Of a stretch of DNA of 64,000 nt, positions 57,094 through 64,000 are shown piece after piece. Source of the DNA: Balanoglossus misakiensis (lineage: Eukaryota > Animalia > Hemichordata); NCBI GenBank assembly GCA_040954595.2, contig CM082582.2, forward strand, positions 12,210,415 to 12,274,414, in the 5' to 3' direction. The translations under genes were made by a program, and so were the position numbers. How positions within the stretch are numbered: the first letter of the stretch is position 1; the number at the start of each line of letters is the position of its first letter. The notes beneath the pieces are model-generated. The model had not been told where the DNA came from and searched no databases. It saw only the letters and a list, made by a program, of their open reading frames with translations.

Positions 57094-58813
57094 AACCACA
57101 GATAACAGGCCAGATTTCTATCATCTGCTATTATATAAAATGTCTTCTGTCTATTTTAATGCATCTGATATCTAGCAGTTGTAGATATAACGCTGAATTA
57201 TGAAATCATATGTTGCCAGCTATCAGTATGTTCATATATATTTATATAGCAGCGTTGCTATCATTCTGTCTTTGACCTAACCTTTGACCCCCCCCCCCCC
57301 TGAGTGTACATACAACACACACACAACATTACATACAAAGGAGTCAAACACGATCTTTATCTTGTCAATATGACTTCTTGAACTTTAATTTTGTAACGTA
57401 CAACAATAGTACTTATTTCGTACAAAACTGCATAATTGTAAATTTGTTATGCACTGTCAAAAATTAAAATGTTATATTTTACTATACAAATAATGAAAAT
57501 ACAGATAATTATAAATCAAAACCTAATAACTGTACATCAATGCCTGCAAGGAAATTTTCAACAAAGAAAAACACAAAATCATATAATTACAGGTCTGAAT
57601 TGCAGACTGGTCAGTTTTTACAATTTTGATCAGTTCTATTATTGCAATGTATACACAAATATTAAGTTTGTTAGAAGCAGTACGTACTACCCTGTTTCCG
57701 ACTGTCTACAAAATATATTTCTGGGAAAGGCTAACTCTCTTATTTCCTAGAAAAGTTTTTACAACTAAAATATATTCGTTATTGTACGTGGCAAAACTAG
57801 TGTGGGTTTACAACACTGGAGTGTGACATCTTTTGTTGTCTCTATGATCATAATAAATGATTTGTAATATTAAATCAAATCATAATCATTAGCAATCATG
57901 ACTTAATTTCAACACTTAATATCAGTCCTGAGATTTTTTCCAAGCAAAAAAACGGTCACCTATATAAAATTATTGAAAATGTTGCATCTACTCAGCTTTT
58001 CAAGTTGATAGCTTTTAACAAAAACTTCATGATTATTTTTTGCAGTGACAGTGTAAACTTATACAAAGTGCATGGTTGTTACGGTAACAAAAATCCAAAA
58101 TATGTACTCTGTACATTGATTATGCATCAGGTTGATTAAATTAATCAATACAGGCTTAATAACATAATTTTCTTCATAACATTTACATGACTTGCCTTGA
58201 TTGAAAATAAAACAGCCACATGCCAATATGGCTAGGAAACTATTTTACGTCACAGGTAACTTTCAGCCTAAGTATACAGTAACCATTTCTCTGCAAACAA
58301 ATTCTTGGTTATAACAAAATTTAAACTAAGATTGTTCTTCCATGGAATTTCAATAACAAATAATATAATTATTAAGTTAAGTAGCAAAATTTAAATGTAT
58401 AGTATGGGAATCCATGATGACAAATTTTGTTGTCATGGTAAATAACAAAAGACCGGCCAGTTTCTTGGGCAGTTGGGTAATTCAAATGGTGAGTCAACAC
58501 AAACAATGGCAAACTCTACAAGGTGCTTTTTTGTCACACACACATCAGAAAAAAATATCTCAAACTTTCAGCAGAATAAAAAAAACTTCTGAGCATAGTT
58601 TTTAGTAAATGACAAAATGACTGGGAAAGTCATTTAATAAAAAAAATTAATAATAAATAACAAACAAAACAGAGCTCAGAAAAATGATTATTAGCTTGTA
58701 TTTGCTTGGCTTTGACAAATTTCTGAGTGATGAGAACTAACCAAAAAAGCTTTCCCCTTAGGAACGTTTCTCGGGGCAACAGCGCAGAAGACTTTGCATT
58801 GCAGAAATCAGAA

Positions 58814-61800
58814 TCAGAATGAATCACGCAAAGGATCATTATCTGGTTGCATATGTGCAACTTTAAAATGCTGATTAACTTGACACCTAGAGTTTCCTTT
58901 GAAAGAACACAACTGGCATTTCATGGGCCTATCTTCGGACCTCTGGTGACGATGCATCTTTTTGGGCTCGGCCGTGTGATAGTCACAGTTCCAACAGCAC
59001 AACACAGTGCGTCCCGACTCTCGAAGGATCTGTCTGCTGCAGTGGAGGACTATGTCTCCAAACTTGATGGGGTCGTCCGGTTGCGATGTCTTGTTGCTCT
59101 GGACGTTTGTTGGTGTGTTCTCGGTGGACGTGCTACTCACTGTACACACACTGAGTTCTAACGGGAGATATTTATCGTGGAACAAAATCTGTTGAGTCAG
59201 TGGCGCCATGGCAGTACTTGTAGGGGATGTGGAGACTGTGACGCTTCTGGACAATGCTGGACTGCTTTCTGATGTGGATACAGAACTGTATGAAGCCGGT
59301 ACATTTCGTTGCTGGACTCCCTGTGTCTCCCTTGGTGGTGGTCTGAAGGTTTCCCGAGAGTTTGTGGACTGTTCTCTTCTGATCTGATTGCTCACACATT
59401 CAGCCATAGCCGCTGCTGGAGTGGGAGCTGATGCAGGCACTGGAAGCCCCCCTCTGAAAGGATGGTGTTGGCCGAATCTTGATGGCAGATTCCTGTGGTT
59501 CGGGTGAAACTCGGCAATTCCATTCAGCGTCTGTGGGGGTGGGGGATGTGGTGGAGGGGGTGGTGGTGGCGGCGGGTGGTGAAATGTTGGCGATTCATAC
59601 AACAAGGTTGAGCTCATTCTGTTCTCAACCATGTTGGGGTTTGGATGCATTGTCAGGATACTCTCCGAAACACTTGGTGGGCTTGGTAAGGTTGCATTGA
59701 ACGACGGATTGAACAAGGCTGCATCCTGTTGGAAATGCACAGGCGTGTATGTCCTGGGTGACAACAGGCTGAATTCTGTCGGTCTTGGACTGGGTGGCAT
59801 GTACATGTGGCGATGCATGTGTCCATAGTGAGGGGCGACATAGACATGTCCTGGCCCCTGGTGTGAGGGTGGGTGAGGTGGTGGTGCTGGTTGCGGCGTG
59901 TGCGGTACACCAGAGGCTCCTGATGGCGGTGGTGGTGGGGCTGTAGGGTGTGGTGGAGGTAGTGTATGCATGTGTCCTTGTATTGGATGACCATGCATTG
60001 GTACTCTGTGTAAATTATCCAGGGAAACATTGGCAATGGTTGGCGTAGATGTATTGCAGTAAATGGGATGCATGTACGGCACATTGACCCGCTGAAGTGA
60101 CTCTGATGATGCGCTGCTTGCTTGTGAGACAGACACGTCATTCGACATGCTCTGATTTGGCTTGTGGTGCACTGTAACTTTGGTGGCTGGAGGTTGGTCT
60201 GGTTTATTGGCACTGTTGCTGTTTCTTGAAGCTGCTTGCTGTTGATGCTGATGCTGTTGTTGAGGTGGTTGTTCTTCGGTGCCACCTGTTTTGGCTTGTG
60301 ATGTATTTCTGGCTTTCTGTGCGCTCCCTGTCTTTGGCACGGAAGCTTTATTAGCTTTGGCGGTTTTCGGTTTGCTCCGTTTTGATCTCGGCTCTCGTTT
60401 GCCGGACTTCTCCGCCTGTTTGTCCTTCGAAGTACTGGATGCTGCCGGAGTTTCTTGGAAGGTTTCTGAAGAATTTGACTCCACTTCATGTGGCGTGTGA
60501 TTCGACTCCTGTACTGGTGATGGTCTCGGAGGTGCCTGTCTTGTTCTCACAGACTGTTCTCTGATAGGCGCAGGCACACTGGACATCTGATTCATAGCAC
60601 TTGGGCTGGGTTGATTCACCTGGTTTGGCTGGCCTCTACCCATTTGTGCAAGGTCTCGACTTTGGGCCACCGCTGACAGCAGATTTGACATGGAAGACAC
60701 AGACGCTGATGTTCTGGGGACAGTTTGATTGGTGGTGTTGCTGGCGGGCATGCTGTTCTGCTGTGAAATAGTGCCACCAGTGGCTGATGCTGGATATGAG
60801 GCTGTTGTCACTGGATGCTGCAAGGGCACACCAAGTCTTGGCATCTGTGAGTTTGTCATATGGGGAATGGTGTTATCCGATGACTGGCTAGGGAGTCTTG
60901 TGGAGTTCATGTGGGGTTGGCTGTACGAGTTCATGAAAGATAGTGCATTTGGGGGTGCTCTTCTGAAACTATCACTTCTGGGTTCATTATGCGTGAATCT
61001 TGCAGCTGTTCCACTGCTGAATGGGGGTTGTTGAGTCGTGTAAGTACCTTCTGGCCTGGGAAACCTCGGTGGTGGATAGGATCTTGATGCTGATGACACT
61101 GAAGTTAATGATGGCGATGTGAAGATTGGTGAAAGAGCAGAGCTACTGGCTGTTGCTGGGATGCTGGTTGCACGAATGTTTTCACTCTGAAGCAAAAAGT
61201 GAGGTCCATTTGGCTGACCACTGTAAGCTGTAGTACTGTTTGAAGATGCAACTGGAAAAGATGTGTGTTGTACTGTATCTGTAGTAGCAGCTGGTAAACT
61301 GTTCTGTGATGATGACATTGTCACATGGGCGGGCCAAGACAGCGTCCCCCTGACTGGGATACTGAGGGTGGATGGTGGGTTGGCTAAACTGGAAGGCGGG
61401 TGATATGTGCCATGTACGTATGGTGGAAAACTCCTGGTACCACTTTCAATAATTGGGGATATTTGAGGTCTTGGTGGTGCAGACTGATGGCGTGCAAGCT
61501 CTAAAGATGGCTGATGGACTTGTGATGGCATCTGAAATGGTGGTCGAATTGCTTCAGATGGCCCTGGCAATCTCACACCATTACCTTGCAATGCACTAGC
61601 GGCGAGATTCAACTGGGAGTAACCGCTGACATTCATACTTGGTAATGAAGCTGGGGCTGTTCTTGGAGGTGGCAACATCTGTCTGGGTTGATTTCCACCA
61701 ATGTCCTCGTTTCTCAATGAATGATCGTTGACATTTGGTACTCTGTGAGGATGGGAATGGACAGTTTTTGCTGTTGAATTTAATGGCGCAGAGACCGGCA

Positions 61801-64000
61801 TTCTTTGATATGCTGAGCCAGTAGGGGGCACTGCAACACTGCTGTGTGTAGGAAACCCATTAACAGCTTGTGAAGATACATGATACGGCAGGGTGGCAGT
61901 GGTACCTGTAACACTGGAGTTTGCAGTGGTTCTGGCCAAGCTGCCGTAACTGGTGGTTGGAACTGCAACTGGCCTGGATGTTACAGGATTTGACAGAATG
62001 CTTGGCATTCTTGGAGGGAAACTGGAATAACTGTTGACACCAGAAGTGTTCGCATTGATTGGACCAGGCAGTCTGCCAGTCACATTGTTGGCTGCAGGAT
62101 TTGCTTGTGGACGACTCAAATTTGCAGACATTGCATTTCCTGAATCACTGGGTTGAAAATGAAGGTTGAGCGAGTCCGAATTTTTCTGGACAGATGACAT
62201 TGAACTTAGTACTGGAAAATTACTGGGAAAGCTGACGGAGCTTGCCACAGGCAGTGGTGGTCTGGTACCCATTTCCGTGCTTCTAAGAGGTATATGTGGT
62301 ACAAACATAGTGGTTGGTCTCTGAAACGGTTCCTGTAGTGATATAGGAGTTCCTGTAGTTTGTCCATGGTGTGGAATATTTGTGCCCAAAGAGCCAACCA
62401 TTGTGTTTGTATTCCTGGGTTTATACATAGTGACAATGGGTGCAGTAGAAACAGCAGTTGTACTCTGTACAGACGTAAACTGACTGAGTGATGCAGTTGG
62501 GGTTTCTTTCGTTGTTGGCTGGATTAAACTGTTGAAATCAGATCTCGTTGAGGTGGATGGTATCGAATCCTGTACTGACGATGAGACTCCTGTACTGGGT
62601 CGTGCTGTAGGATGCTGACTGTTCATAGGACAGGTCATTGGCCTGTTGTGATGCACTGTGGAATGTGAGGAAACCATCTGGTTTGTATTGTTGGACATTG
62701 TTTCTTGCATTACATTGTTGCTTCTGGTCATGACTGGATTGTACTCAGGCAAAGAGTTTGGGGGATTCTGTTGTCTACTATTACCGTAGCTTACTGTCTG
62801 CAGGTATCTGCTGGAAGCTGCAGGAACAGTGTATGTGGTATTGCTGAGGGTTTGCTTGGCTGGCAAAGTTGCATAGGATGTAAATTGTGAAGTGAACAGT
62901 CCTGTGTTTGAAGAGACGGCAGCTGTGCTGGTGTTTGATGTCGATGATGGCATGGTATTCCCACTTGTAGATTGGAGGACGGGAAAGTTTGTGGTTGGCA
63001 TGGCAGCGGGTACAGCAGTAAGTATCTGAACACCGTGACTGGGTAGCACTGGAGACACCTGGGTTGGACTCACCAGCGGTTTCAGAACTGTCTGTCCACC
63101 TGGCAAAACAGCAACCTGCACCTGATTGGTTGGTTGGACTGTGCCTATCATAATAGGGGATATAAGAGGCATGGAACTACTGCTGCTAAATCCTGAGGTT
63201 GCCACTGTTACTGGTTGCATGTTTACAGCTGCATTTCCACATATGGCAATATTCTTTCCCACTCCAAAATGTTCAGAGATGATATTCCCATCAGGTCCAG
63301 CAACCACTGTCGGTATGCCCATGGCATTTTTAAAGTTTGTGTATGCAGGGCTGTTCAACAGCAAGCTGTACTTGTATTTGCTTGGCCTTAGTCTAAGTAT
63401 ATCCTTTATATTTGGCGGTAGGTTTGCATTCACAGGGACTTTGCCGGCTGTGCTGGAAGCATTCCCTGTTCCAGACGTGCTTCCTTGAGAAGTGGGCACA
63501 TTTCCGAGTCTCTGTGGTATTGCCATCCCATTTAACACAGTTTTGGGATCTGGGCAGCTGGCAACTTTGTCCATTTCATTGTTGTTGTCCACAGGTGCGT
63601 GGCCTTGCAGTGTGCCGTTTAACATACTATTTGGACTGGTCATGGCAGTGACGTTAGAATTAGCAGCTGATACTGGCATCACAACTTGAATGCCAGTTTC
63701 TGAAGGCATGCTTGTCGCAGGGTTCAACGTGAACACTTTGGAAAGACAGCCGTCCATTTGCCCTCCCGGTTGCAATATGAAGGAGGCATTTGTAAACATC
63801 GGAAGCCCTGAGTTTAAAACCAAAGTCTTGCAATCCGAATTCATCACGTTTGTAACTGAAGCAGAGTTCTGTGTGGTGGCCCCAGATGTAGTGACCAGCT
63901 TGACTGGGACTGTTGCCATCACAACAGGCTGATGCTGATCTTTGCCAAGGACAGGTTTTGGAGCAATGGGTTTAAATTTCTTCCGACAGAAATCATCGAT
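58814..64000 (-). CDS. Large S/T/P/Q-rich low-complexity protein with two C-terminal C2H2-type zinc fingers; 5' end outside window
   Basis: Frame is open from the window edge (IDDFCRKKFKPIAPKP...) to the stop at 58814, over 1700 aa without an intron. C-terminus CWNCDYH...HRHQRSE and CQLCSFK...NQHFKVAH. Confidence 0.85.
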   Translation of the reverse strand: MDDFCRKKFKPIAPKPVLGKDQHQPVVMATVPVKLVTTSGATTQNSASVTNVMNSDCKTLVLNSGLPMFTNASFILQPGGQMDGCLSKVFTLNPATSMPSETGIQVVMPVSAANSNVTAMTSPNSMLNGTLQGHAPVDNNNEMDKVASCPDPKTVLNGMAIPQRLGNVPTSQGSTSGTGNASSTAGKVPVNANLPPNIKDILRLRPSKYKYSLLLNSPAYTNFKNAMGIPTVVAGPDGNIISEHFGVGKNIAICGNAAVNMQPVTVATSGFSSSSSMPLISPIMIGTVQPTNQVQVAVLPGGQTVLKPLVSPTQVSPVLPSHGVQILTAVPAAMPTTNFPVLQSTSGNTMPSSTSNTSTAAVSSNTGLFTSQFTSYATLPAKQTLSNTTYTVPAASSRYLQTVSYGNSRQQNPPNSLPEYNPVMTRSNNVMQETMSNNTNQMVSSHSTVHHNRPMTCPMNSQHPTARPSTGVSSSVQDSIPSTSTRSDFNSLIQPTTKETPTASLSQFTSVQSTTAVSTAPIVTMYKPRNTNTMVGSLGTNIPHHGQTTGTPISLQEPFQRPTTMFVPHIPLRSTEMGTRPPLPVASSVSFPSNFPVLSSMSSVQKNSDSLNLHFQPSDSGNAMSANLSRPQANPAANNVTGRLPGPINANTSGVNSYSSFPPRMPSILSNPVTSRPVAVPTTSYGSLARTTANSSVTGTTATLPYHVSSQAVNGFPTHSSVAVPPTGSAYQRMPVSAPLNSTAKTVHSHPHRVPNVNDHSLRNEDIGGNQPRQMLPPPRTAPASLPSMNVSGYSQLNLAASALQGNGVRLPGPSEAIRPPFQMPSQVHQPSLELARHQSAPPRPQISPIIESGTRSFPPYVHGTYHPPSSLANPPSTLSIPVRGTLSWPAHVTMSSSQNSLPAATTDTVQHTSFPVASSNSTTAYSGQPNGPHFLLQSENIRATSIPATASSSALSPIFTSPSLTSVSSASRSYPPPRFPRPEGTYTTQQPPFSSGTAARFTHNEPRSDSFRRAPPNALSFMNSYSQPHMNSTRLPSQSSDNTIPHMTNSQMPRLGVPLQHPVTTASYPASATGGTISQQNSMPASNTTNQTVPRTSASVSSMSNLLSAVAQSRDLAQMGRGQPNQVNQPSPSAMNQMSSVPAPIREQSVRTRQAPPRPSPVQESNHTPHEVESNSSETFQETPAASSTSKDKQAEKSGKREPRSKRSKPKTAKANKASVPKTGSAQKARNTSQAKTGGTEEQPPQQQHQHQQQAASRNSNSANKPDQPPATKVTVHHKPNQSMSNDVSVSQASSASSESLQRVNVPYMHPIYCNTSTPTIANVSLDNLHRVPMHGHPIQGHMHTLPPPHPTAPPPPPSGASGVPHTPQPAPPPHPPSHQGPGHVYVAPHYGHMHRHMYMPPSPRPTEFSLLSPRTYTPVHFQQDAALFNPSFNATLPSPPSVSESILTMHPNPNMVENRMSSTLLYESPTFHHPPPPPPPPPHPPPPQTLNGIAEFHPNHRNLPSRFGQHHPFRGGLPVPASAPTPAAAMAECVSNQIRREQSTNSRETFRPPPRETQGVQQRNVPASYSSVSTSESSPALSRSVTVSTSPTSTAMAPLTQQILFHDKYLPLELSVCTVSSTSTENTPTNVQSNKTSQPDDPIKFGDIVLHCSRQILRESGRTVLCCWNCDYHTAEPKKMHRHQRSEDRPMKCQLCSFKGNSRCQVNQHFKVAHMQPDNDPLRDSF

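Noticed and set aside
59653-60489. 278-aa alternative-frame ORF inside the large exon, and other antisense ORFs over the GH1 and zinc-finger exons
   Set aside because: Expected by-product of biased codon use in long coding exons; no independent signals.

Overview
Intron-containing, AT-rich, gene-dense animal genomic DNA with short GT-AG introns. The gene content fits a marine invertebrate deuterostome (hemichordate/echinoderm-like), which is an inference. Gene order: 3' end of HYDIN (+); an uncharacterised 4-exon 234-aa gene (-) that the ORF track shows only in pieces; NELFCD (-) head-to-head with SNRPB (+); a candidate 92-aa micro-gene (-) carrying a histone H3 tail-like motif with Met at the K9 position; PABPN1 (+); TRAPPC2L (-, with a U12 intron) head-to-head with two tandem GALNS paralogs (+); an ASIC-like DEG/ENaC channel (+); an inverted pair of intron-poor, probably GPI-anchored GH1 glycosidases; a methionine/cystathionine gamma-lyase (-) head-to-head with rotatin RTTN (+); and a >5 kb terminal exon of a low-complexity zinc-finger protein (-) that runs off the window. 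Several small MITE-like inverted repeats are present. All calls come from manual reading and splicing plus recalled family motifs; no searches were run.
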